Shown piece after piece: positions 1-12,200 of a DNA stretch of 64,000 nt. The notes beneath the pieces were generated by a model. That model was not told where the DNA came from. It was given only the letters and a program-made list of their open reading frames with translations, and made no database searches. Within the stretch, counting starts at the first letter, position 1; each line of letters opens with the position of its first letter. Position numbers and translations under genes: made by a program. Source of the stretch: Auanema rhodensis (taxonomy: Eukaryota; Animalia; Nematoda); contig OZ059897.1 of the NCBI GenBank assembly GCA_964057225.1, forward strand, positions 13,578,001-13,642,000, written 5' to 3'.

Positions 1-259
1 TTCGTTCTCTCTCTCTTTCTCTCTTTGTCCTTATCTCTGTTTCTTTCTCACTTTCTTTCTATTTTTCTCTCCCTTTTTTTCATTCTCTCTGATTCTTGAG
101 TAAAGTAGCATTGGTGAACAATCAGTCTTCTTTATAGTTTACAATCATGAATCCATATGTTCTTTTGGTTTTTTCTTCTTTGTGTTTATAACATTCATAA
201 GATCTTTTCATACTCTGTTAGCAGGAGTTGTTATGGGAAAAAAGCAAAAAAATTAAAAA

Positions 260-262
<3 letters not shown>

Positions 263-294
<32 letters not shown>
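263..294. repeat. (TC)n microsatellite
   Basis: Uninterrupted TC run. Confidence 0.9.
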
Positions 295-298
<4 letters not shown>

Positions 299-3200
299 CT
301 TCTCTCGTTATCTTTTACCTTCTCTCTTCCATTTTTCTCATCACTTGATCTTTTACTTGCCCATATTTCTTAAATTGTAACACGCGTTACTTCACTATGA
401 ATTTCATTTCTGAAACTATTATTATGTTTATGAATAAACTAAGAAACATTAAAAGGAAATACGCTAGCTCAATATTTCACCTAAATATTCATATTACTTA
501 TACTATATGTACGTATAATTATTTTGTCGAATATGGGAAAGAGGTGACACAACGACAGCTACCACGATACACCCAGTTCGCTGAGCCTCTGCTCCTTTCG
601 TCTCATATAAACCTACTCCATCTCATTCTCTCTCTCTGCTGTCTCTTTCTATTCGTCTCTCTCATTCTCAGTCTTTCCTCTCTATTTCTTCTTCCTCTCT
701 CATTCTCCCTCTCTCTTCGCTTAGCACTCCGAAACCCTAACATACTCACCACGCTTTACGCCGTCGTCTACGCGACAATTGCACGAAAAACGAGCCGACG
801 AGACCGGTTGGTCTTCGTAATTTTTTTCTCCAAATTCGCCACTCTGTTTGGGTGCGAATTTCGAGAGCCCTTTTTGGGATTTTCTCATCAGCCCTTTTAC
901 TCCTCTCCATACAACATAGACAATCATATCTGCCAGTCATTCTTAAAGCTTTTGTCAACTGTTGGTCAGCCATTTTCCCCGAGAATTTATAAGCTATTCA
1001 ACAGCATTGTGTTTCTTCTCTATCTGTTGATTTTCTTAAATTATGAGAAGAAGAAAAAAAGAAAATACATTTAACCATTGTTGCTACTACCAAATTCATG
1101 CTTTAAACTTCTACGTTACGTATTGAAAGTAGGACTCGTTAGCCTTGTAGTGTGAAATTGAATTGTCTTCTAATTTCGATTACTCTTTGAATTTTCTTTT
1201 AGCAACTTGAAACGTTTTTCTATAATATACTAACGTTGAGAGAGCTATGTGTGGTCTTCTTTTCTCTTCTTTTGAACATCTTATTTCATTTTCCTTTTGA
1301 GTTTCATCTTTCAGATTTTTTCTAATCGTAACTTGGAGTAATCTGAAGATTTGGAGTTTTGTTTTGTTTTTATTTATTAATCTTTGATTAAGAATGGCTT
1401 TTTTGTAAATAGAGCTGCATTACCTTTTTTCATAATTAATTTTCGATTTTTCTCAAAGTATTAGTCAAAACTTTAATTTTGATTCTCAAATCCGCTTTTT
1501 TAATTCGTTATCCTATCTCCTTCTCACATTTTCATCAAAGACAAAAGCCAATTTCATTCAGGACTGATTACTCATGTTTCCAAGAAACTGCGAAGCATTT
1601 TTGATGTTTTTTTCTTACGCAGATTCCGACCACCTGTGCCACTTCGTTTGCTTGTTGATGTATTTTGTTCTCTTTTTCTCGTTTTCTAGTTTTGCTTCTA
1701 GTATACCATTCTGTCTATTTATCTTAGATTTTGGTTCTTAAAAAATTTAAATTAATATTCATTTTTGAAATATTTTTAATTTTTGGAGTATCCTAATCTA
1801 GGATATCAAGTAAATTTTTTCTTTACTTTCATCTCGAAGAAAAAAGAAAATTAATTAGTTAAATGAAAATGAAATTACTTGTAACACGGAAGAAAATAAC
1901 TGAAATGTTCAAGTACGTGTGCTTAATCATGCACGTCGATGAGTTGCTGTTCATTAACTTTTACAACTTTCTAAACAGCTTTATACCACCGTTAAAGCTT
2001 CTATTTTTTATTATTTTCTTTATTTTTAACAGAAAAAAAAGATTAAAAGAAACCAGAACTATTGTTTCATTAATTCAAAATTAAAAATGTTCCTCATATT
2101 ATATTTGGTGAGCTTATCGGCAAGTAAATGAAGAAGCTGATGTATATACAAGTATTCATATGTATTTGTTTGTGACATTCAATACATGTATATTGAAGAC
2201 AAGCAAATACATGAAATACTCTATGCTTTTAGTCTCTAGTTTACCCGTCTTTTATCTATTCTCTCATGTTATTTCTTGTTTTTTTTCTCTTTTGTTTTAT
2301 TGTGATTTTGTTAAAACCGTTCCAGATATTGAGCATTAAATTTCATTTATTTCATTGCTGATATCATATCTCTCAAAATCTCAGCCATATTCTCTCTTTA
2401 TGATCATCAAATGTAACAACTTGTGTTTTTTCTATATCTTAAATGTTACTTTTATCAAAATATATACAAACTTTGAAGCATTAAAACTTGTTTTTTCATT
2501 TAATATTTAATAACTTTTTCTTTTTTATGAAGATAGAAAAATTTATTGCTCTCGCTTAAGCTAAGGAAAAGGAAAGAAAAAAATCCAACTTTTCTAAATA
2601 TTCTGAGATATTTCTTATGTTCCAAGAGAATTTTAAAATAATATCAAATGCTTGATTTTTATTTTTTTTTAACGAAATATATTGAAATGTAGTTAGTTCT
2701 CTGCCATGAAAGCTTCCGAAGCTTTTCTTCTTTAGCTTCATCTCAGGTTACCGTTGATGTGCCATCAGTCACACATCCAGTTCGTATATTCTCAAGCTGC
2801 TTGAGCTATAATAATAAATAATAATAATTCATTATTAGTATTAGTATTATTGTTTAGAATAAACATTTTCAATTTTTTTGATTGATCACTTCTCAAAAAA
2901 AATATAAATTATCTTTACTAATTTCTAGTAAGTATTAATATTTTTAAAAAATATAATATATTTATAAATATATTATATTAGTATTCAACTGCTTTCGCAT
3001 CATTTTCTTAATTAAAATGATAAAATAGATCATTGACTCCATTAAACTGAAATGAAAATTAATATTTTCCATTCAATTATTTTCTTTTTTCAATTTCTTA
3101 TACACGAAATAGTGATTTTAGTATTTCAAATATTATATTAATTAGTTAATTTAGAATCTTTCATTATATAAATACTTAAAGATTCTAATAAGCATTTCGT

Positions 3201-3900
3201 GAGCCACTTCAAACGGTATTACCAAACACTTGTGCGTAGAAACATTGCAACTTTATTTGGATTATATAATTCAAATATATAGTATATACACACATCTATA
3301 TTTGATCGAATGATGTTATATTAGTTTTTCAAACTTTTACCTTATATTTATGAAAAAAAAACTTTATATTTTGATTATATTTATATTAAATTGGATATAA
3401 TACCATAATCAAACAGTTTTTGATGTTTGAAATGCTTATAACTCATTAACAATTATTTTGAATATTTTTATAATTTTAATTATTATATTTTCATTAAGAA
3501 AATTTAATTTTTTTATGCTCCAAAATAAGGATCTGTGTATATTTTCCCTTATTTTTTGATATTTACTTACCAATAGAATTAATTCTTTAATATCTAAAAC
3601 TACTTTTTGATTTATACACATGAATGCATGAAACTATTGTCTAATCTAACAAGACTTCATTTAATATTTTCTATTCATTCTATATTCTCGTTCACCTGGA
3701 AGATGATGAGAACAAGTGAACAATTCAATTTTATTATTACATCATTATAATTCAAATCTATATATAGAAATATATATTCCAGAATCAAATCAAATAATTA
3801 ATTTTTTAATAATTTCTTTTTTTTTTCTTGATTATGCTTATAGATGGTAACTATAGCAATTAAATAAACTACAAATAGCTAACAGCTGGTTGTAATTTAG

Positions 3901-4531
3901 TTCGCAAAGTGAACCATCATGAAGTGTAATCCTAACGAAAAAGTAAAATTTAGAATTTGAAAAAAAAAATTTTTGTACATCATTGGGGTAAAAAACCCCT
4001 TGATTTATGTAGGCGAAGCTAGAAATCATTATAGCAGATGATCATCTAATGTTCCAACTACTACTGTAGAAGAATTAATTTCAGAGGAAATTTCACCACA
4101 AAAAAATTATAAAACAGATAGCAATTGCTATCATAAAACTTATAAAATAGAAATATAACCTTTTTTAAATTAGTATTTCTTGCTGACATTTTTTTAATTT
4201 CGTTTTTTTCTTTTTGAAATAAAATCGAAGAGAAAATACGGCTTGATAATATTTGAAAGAGAAACAAACAACTTTTTTGAAATTTTGAACATATAAGAAG
4301 ATCATTTCATAATGTTCTTATGATTATACAAATATATGAATAGAAAAAATGAAGAAGAAAATAGAGAAAAACTAAAAAGAAAGAGTCAGAATATACATTT
4401 TCATATTCGTAATAATCGGAATGAAAAAGACTTTTTTTTTCTAAAAAAAATAGTTGAATAGGCAAAAAGATGACGTAACAATCGTTTTTATGTATAAGAT
4501 TCTCTATGATCATGATGGTTCACTTTGCGAA
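3901..4531. repeat. Perfect 22-bp inverted repeat pair bounding about 630 bp of AT-rich DNA (MITE-like)
   Basis: TTCGCAAAGTGAACCATCATGA (3901-3922) is the exact reverse complement of 4510-4531. There is no clear target-site duplication and no coding capacity inside. Confidence 0.75.
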
Positions 4532-4886
4532 TCAGAATATAGTCAAGTTGAGATGCATGTATGACTGATGTCCAAATATGACTACTACCTCATCACTTCT
4601 AGCACCTCTTTCAATTCTTGAACAGTGAACAGTCGAATTCTTTCCCCTGTACATCAGACAAATTGTATTGGTATTGAAGCGAAACAACATTTTGTATGTA
4701 ACTGTTAGCTCAGTTACTACTACTTCAAGAATCTACTTATTTCATCTTTGCAACCTTTCGATACAGTGCATTCTATCAATAGTATTGAAAAAGGTGTGAA
4801 ACTATTCTATACAATTTGTATTCCCACGTTGTCATCATCCACGTCGTCGTCTCATCTTCAGAAGAATCTTTTTTGACATTTTGATC

Positions 4887-4933
4887 ATGGCTTCATATGA
4901 ATGTTATGAATCACATCAAGTTCTTGTAGTCAG
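4887..4933 (+). CDS. lec-3: Candidate alternative first coding exon of lec-3 (MASYECYESHQVLVVR...)
   Basis: ATG at 4887, open to a CAG|GTATGC donor in phase 2. It joins the TTTCAG acceptor at 5616 in frame with the ATG at 5654. Confidence 0.35.
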
Positions 4934-5354
4934 GTATGCAAATTCTCAGTTCAATTCAACAATCTCCAGGTGACACCTTGGTGACATTACAGTATTACCC
5001 TGTTAAAGATTTTCATTTTCTCCATATGGAACGGTTTCTTATACAATTTTCAAGTCTAGAACTTTAATCTGATATCTTCATTTTCTTTCAAACAAAACAT
5101 GAAATGAACATATTCGGTTGCTCAATCTTTTCATATCAATAACTTCATATTAATGTATCATTTATTTGTTTTGTTAACATTTTTTGTTTATTTTATAACT
5201 TACTCGTGGTGAGCTGTTAGATCAGATTGTCATGACTCATCAAAACGTCTCAATTCTTTCGAACTTTATCAGTCCTTCTTTCGAAACTTTTTCTGGACTA
5301 TCCACTAGCTCACTCCACTAGCTCACCAATAAATATTCTTTTTTGACCAATACA

Positions 5355-5395
5355 ATGGGTCGATTATTTCGTTCTAAAAGTACATTATCAGTTGT
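5355..5395 (+). CDS. lec-3: Candidate alternative first coding exon of lec-3 (MGRLFRSKSTLSV...)
   Basis: acaATG at 5355, open to a perfect GTAAGT donor in phase 2. It joins acceptor 5616 in frame (VSVKLPYYVQLQK-MSEKNY). Confidence 0.5.
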
Positions 5396-5653
5396 GTAAG
5401 TTCAATTATATTTTTTATAAATTTGTAAGATTATTCATTTTTTTTTTGAAAAATGAACTTCTTAGGACTATGTGGGGTGCTTATAACTTAAATAGAAATT
5501 GGAGTTAATCAAAAACTATTGTTTTATAATAACTATACTCTATATCATATTTTAATTTTAATTTCTTTTTATTTGAATATTATATGATTATTTTATTATA
5601 TATTATATATTTTCAGAAGTGTTAAACTACCTTATTACGTTCAACTACAAAAA

Positions 5654-8600
5654 ATGTCTGAGAAGAACTACGTAAGTTTTTATCTTTCTTGTTATTTTTC
5701 TTTAAAATATAGTGTGAGATTGAGGCAATAGTATAGAAAACTACATAAGATTCACATATTTTTCATATATTATTGCCTTTTTTGTTCTTTTATTTGTTTA
5801 AAAATTTTGATATTTGAGAGAAATAAGGGACTAGTGATATAATGCACTTAACGACATTTACAGTCAATCGTCAAAATTCGTCAGGCCATTTCCATAAACT
5901 TCCCCAAAAAAAAGTTCAAATCCGTCTTTATTTGAGATTTTATTTGAGTTTCATCTAAAGCTCCATCAAATCTTGATGCTCAATCTTTGAATATTTTCAA
6001 CTATATTCTTAGAACATTATTATGTTTGTGTTCTATTTCCAAGGTTTTGATGTTCCATCCATTTCCGAAAAAACAATTCAAAAATCTTCAACGAACAAGT
6101 TTTTTATTGCAAGAAGTATTCCAATTCATAAAAAGAATCTGATAATTCATAATACCTTTTGAGAAAATGAAAGATGAGAAGTTACAGATCCAAAATTTCA
6201 GCTTTTTCTTTCATGACTTTACCCTCTCCTCAATAATTTTTGAACTTTTCAAAAATCTCCAAACAATATTTTTCCCTTTCTCTTTATCTTTTACTCTCTC
6301 TGCTATTTAGGCTTTTCCTTCACTATTTCAATCTCTCTTTCTGCACTCTCTACTTTGGTTCATAGTATTGTGCTGCTTCTCAGCCGTCCCACCCTCTTTT
6401 GGTTTCGTCATCCCGCCCTCGGCTGCGATCCTCCGCCTGCTTTCAACCTCTTTTCTCTATTCCAAGTTACTGCTCCATCATCCCGCTTGTCCTTCTCCGG
6501 ACAATATTTTGAATCTCAGCAGCTTATTAGCTATCTGTTGATTCATCAATTTCTCACTCAAGTTTTCTCACCTGTCAACTAAAAATTGGTCGTGCTGTTG
6601 ATTCAACAGCTTCCGCATATCATCGTGTTCGATTCAGATGTCTGATTCAGTAACCACGTGCTATCGACGACACAATTCCGCAACTGTTTCTTCATTAGAT
6701 ATTTGGATTCAAGTTATCGTGCCTCTTCAATAACAATCTATATCTTACGTCAGCTGAGATACTTCCACGGCAACGAATAACTTTTTCTTAATTCTTGAAG
6801 AGCAGCAAACGTAGAAACAAAAATTAAAAAGTGAGAGATAGATAAACGACGACGGCTCATCAGCAACTCAGCTGAGCTTATCACTTCACTAAGTGATTGC
6901 AACTGAAGAAAAGGCAGTAGTAGATCTATTAATCTCATCTACTGCCTCTATTCTTCAGGTATTTTTCCAATACAAGCATCTAACCTATTCCTTCTTCAAA
7001 AAATTCCTTTCTGAACACTTTTTCTGTGTCAGTAATCTGATCTCGTCTATATATTCTTTTTCTATTCTTTGTGCATTCCCAACATTTTCGAGATAAGTCA
7101 CCACTTGTCTTGCTGTTACTTCTACTGAATTCGGGTAGTCAACTGATTTTCACCTAATACATATATCTCCGTTCCTTCATTCATATCGTTGCGGAACGTA
7201 TGCCGACACTCTGGCATTTTGCCAAATACATTGTAAGTTGAAATATTTTCATAAAATATTTCATATATTCTTTATTCTAACTATATTATAAGTAGTTTTG
7301 CTATATTTCCGACCTTCAACTGACCATCTTATGGTGAGAATCAATCTCAATTTGCATATTTGCCCGCATTGAATCCTCAAAATTTCCCAGAATCAATTCT
7401 TCTTTTTGCTATAACCAATCCATCTTGTCAACTTCTTCACGGAGCGAATGAAAAGCTGAAAAGATATGCGTTGGAGCAAATGAATCTTGTTGAAAAGCTT
7501 TCTCTCTTTTTTATGAAATTTGGAATATTTTTGAAAATTTACGAGGAAGTGAGCTATTAAGATAAGATAATGGGAGAAAAAATAAGAATAAGAGAATGAG
7601 ATAGAGAGAGAGAGTAAGATAATAAGATTTCATGATGATATGTTAAAAAGATTGAATTTGATGAAAAGAAAGAGAAGCAGAAAATCCCAAATAACCCAAA
7701 CCATGAAGATTCAAAAGATGTGAATGTTGTTTCAACTCTATTCAAACAAAAAAAAACAAAGTCATCAATCATTCTCTTAGAGTATCTTCTCTAGTTGTTC
7801 CAATTGGCTAGTACCTTTTAAGCGTTTTTCACATATGTTATCTTTCTATTTCAAATGTTCTATTCAGTTCTACTATTTCGGTCTTTTTGCCTTATTGAGC
7901 GCTTAAGTTTGCAAAATTTTTTTCATATTTTCTGTTGAAAATTTTGGAACATTCTTCTCAATATAATCGCAGAAAGAATCTGAGGAAAACGATGACGACA
8001 AGAAAAATGATGACAAACCACAAAGTTTTCGTGTTCACATGCCGTTTTACAGAATTTGATTCTATTTCATTTTAATAGAATAACATGAACAAACTAAATT
8101 AGATCCGATAGGAATAGTCCTTCAGTGGAAAAAAAAGTTCTTATCAAGATTTCTCATCTGAAAATGCAATTAAGTTCTGACAAAACTTTACTTGCTGAGA
8201 CAATTGAAACTTTTTTTTTATCTCATGAGTATAATGTCATTTAACTACATTCATTAAAACATTTTCTGTTGAAATCAATTAGAAAAGTGAAGAATGAAAT
8301 AAAGAATTTTGATGGAAAAGTGATATATTCTTCTGATTTTCAATATATTTTAGAATATCCCATATCGCAGTAAGCTGACAGAGAAGATCGAGCCTGGTCA
8401 AACCCTCATTATTCGAGGAAAAACTTCCGACGACGCCAAGAGGTTTGCTTAATAAGATTTCTGTGAATCAACAACAAGATTATCATATTATTTAGATTCA
8501 ATATCAATCTTCATAAGGATAGCCCTGATTTCTCTGGAAATGATGTTCCTCTCCATATCAGCGTCCGCTTCGACGAAGGAAAGGTAAGTAGAACAAAACT

Positions 8601-9168
8601 CTCGTGTTTTTCAAGATTTGAGAATACAGTGAATTGTCAACTATGGTCGTCCAAAAGACCTCACAAATCTGTTTATCTTAAATAAATAACAAAAAAATTT
8701 CAAGTAAAAAATGGCTTAACAACAATGCTTTCTTCATATAAACTGAAAAGCTAAAAGCCGTTACATAATTGGTCTACATCCTGTTTGCAAGATTTTTTGC
8801 TAAAAAAATCTTTTTTTAGTATATAGGGTATATGACTGATGTTTGATTTTGTGAAAGTGAACCTCAAAACAGAAATTGACTTGTCATTACTATTGAAACA
8901 CCAAACGAACACCAGAGCAACTTTCAATGTTTAACTTGGCTTCCGTTCAGTTTGGGCTATCTACGCTCCTTACGTTTTTTTTCTCTTTTCCTCTCTCTTG
9001 TAGATGCATTGTCTCCATCTCAAGGGATTGGAATCATGAGCCAATTCGAAGCTTTCTTCTACTTGTTTTGTCTGTCGAAAGATGTGTATATGTGTGTGTC
9101 TATATACATATAGTATATAGCTATACTCTATAAGGATGTATGTATATCGAAGTTGCATATGCATATAC

Positions 9169-9214
<46 letters not shown>

Positions 9215-12200
9215 AGAGATTGCATGCTAAACTCAAATAGAGCGACACAAAGATAACAAGGAAAAGTCAAAGTTAAAGCTAAGCTTGATGCTACTCTTGT
9301 TTCAATATTCTGATTGTTCCTTTCTTCTTTCAAAAATGCTATAAATGGCTGTGAGTCAATCACTTTTCTAGCTGATAGTTGAATGTCGAGAGCTGACTCA
9401 ACTTATTGGGTCCCAAAAGAGTAAAGACAAACCGCCTTCTAGTCACCAAAGAACTCGTAATCATTTTCCTCCAAAAAAAACTAATTCGTTTTCACGAAAA
9501 AAATTTATTTTCATTCAAACTTCTATTTGAACATAAAACGAAAATTGTTTGCTAACATATAATTTTATTTTAATTTGAAAATTATTATCGAGTATGTAAT
9601 GATTTGATGACATATTCTTTGGCACGTTGTCTGCCTTTGTTCAATCGTCTCGAAACAAATATTTTCTGTCATCAAAAGCATGATGAGCACCAACTGTTCA
9701 TCCTCCTGGCGGGATGTGTTGCATGCCAGAAGAACAGTTGCTTTGCCACATCGTTTGCAGATATGTGACACCATGATAAATCTATTGATATTCTGGTAAA
9801 CATTCGTCAGAACGTTGACAACATTATTTCTATATTTGATATCTGATAAAATAAGAAATAAGGTTCTTGTTATCGTTGCTTTGATGATATGTTAAACAAC
9901 TTTTAAAATATTCAAATGTTAGCAAATCTCTCCTGTTTCATCTAGCTTACAGGCGTTATTACAAACAAATCTTTCTTCTCTCTATTGTTTCCTAAACGAC
10001 ACCATGTTCAAGCGTGGGTGTGACAAGTTTATCTAACGCTTGTTTGTCTTTAGTGTGATTACTGACATGCTTTCCTTCTTTCCTTGCTTACAAAATATTC
10101 AAAACACAGGCAAAGGCCGAATAGAATGAACAAGGAGAGCAACAGCTTCTTGAAAATCAGTCTCCAGAGGCTGCAAACACACATACACATACACACATAC
10201 ATACATTGTGGGTGTTGGAATTGGAAGACCCGTTAGTCGACATTGGACCATCTCATTTTAAATTTTTTTCCATAAATAGGATTTCAAATTATAGCGAAAA
10301 CATATAAATATTCATAGATTTATATATAGAATGTGAAATCAAATAAGAGAACAATCTGTATTTGTTGAAATACATTGAGAAATTCACATCATCAATAGCA
10401 TCATATAATAAATTATAAATATATTATATTTGTATATAAATAAATATATGTTTACATATGTATAATAATAATAATTATTATTATTATTTAAGGAATATGA
10501 TCCAAAAACTAAAGTAAGTTAATATATAAATTAATTCTTTACTAGAATTTATCTAGAAAGATAAATGTTTAATTATATATTATTAATCTTAATTATATAT
10601 TTATTCATAATATAGTTAGTTAAATTATAAATATTTACTAATTTAGATATTTATAAATAGAAATAATATTATTATATATATATAGTTAAATATATATATA
10701 TGTATGTATGTATGTATATGTAATCTTTAATGTTAAAAAAAACTGAAATATAAATAATGGAAATGTTCTTATACTAAGATGAATAACCTTATAATCTCTA
10801 TACTTCATTCTAGTGATTCTTTTATTTTTCAGCTTGTTTTCAACTCTTACACCAAGGGTGCTTGGGGTAAAGAAGAGAGACAGAAAAATCCCGTTAAGAA
10901 AGGTGAACCTTTCGACATCCGTATTCGTGCCCATGACAACAAATTTGTCATCTCCATCAATCGTGTAAGGATTTTTTTTTGTTTTTATTTAAATAAAAAC
11001 ACAGCTAAGTATGCTTATATGGCATGCTTACACATTAAAATATATGCTTGAGGCTTAAATGTTAATAAAAATTGAAAGAAAATTCTTATTTTCAGAAGGA
11101 GGTAAAGCAATTCGATCATAGAATTCCTCTTCAACATGTTACTCATCTCTCCATTGATGGAGAAGTTGTTCTTAACCATGTCCAATGGGGAGGAAAGTAC
11201 TACGTAAGTTCTTGATTTATTATTTTTATTTTAAAAAATATTTATCTGAGATAAGAAAAAGAAAGCAAACGAAGCATCGTAATTTTTCCAGATTTTGATT
11301 AATGATATGAAGATAAGAAAAGGCATCAAAGCTTATTTTATAAAAAAAAATTAAAACTTTTATAAAACTTGAAGCATTTTTTTGATTTTATCATTTTTCA
11401 GCCTGTACCATATGAATCAGGAATTGCTGCTGATGGACTTGTTCCAGGAAAAACTCTTGTCATCTATGGAACTCCTGAGAAGAAAGCCAAAAGGTATAAT
11501 ATACAAGATATTCTTTAATAAATAATTATAATAATTATAGATTCAATATTAACTTGTTGAAGAAGAATGGTGATATTGCTCTTCACTTCAACCCACGTTT
11601 CGATGAAAAGGTGAGATAAGATAAGACACTATTTCGATGAATTCGTATTTTTATCAATTAATTATTTTTACAATAATAATTATAATAACTAGATATTTAC
11701 TATATATTTATGGTAAAAATTTACATTTATATCATTTCAAACAATTTGTAGGGAAATGGGCTAATCTGCGGAAAACTGAAGCCTGGAGTATGTTACATTT
11801 CATATAATATTTAAGTTATATGTTGTGCTCGTACTCGTTGTGTGTGCTTTTTCTTTTTCTTTATCTGTTCTTCTTTTTTTCTTTTTTTTTTGATTTAGAA
11901 AAGTTTTATTTTTCCCTTTCTAAATGTTGTGTTCAAACGTTTTTATGTTTGTCAATTTAATACTGAACTCCCATATTATCCATAATAAGTTTTAGTTTTT
12001 TTTTACCAAAAATTATCATTACATAACATATTTTACCTTTATCATCTGAAACAAAAAAATTTAGTAGTTGACAAAAACAAATTTAAGCTTTAGTTTCTAT
12101 TTATTAAACTAACTATTGTCATAACTGCTACTTCTGATGCATCATCTTGATGCTTTCGTTCGCTAAAAAACATAAGTTCACCTCAATACTTTAACATGAA

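Noticed and set aside
397-1074. 225-aa ORF, the longest in the track
   Set aside because: Dominated by CT-repeat-derived Leu/Ser/Phe, with no domain or splice structure. It looks like non-coding pyrimidine-rich DNA.
7973-8032. Acidic exon-like stretch (KESEENDDDKKNDDKPQSF) upstream of lec-3 exon 2
   Set aside because: The acceptor is plausible but the donors are weak and the frame is ambiguous, so I cannot call it.
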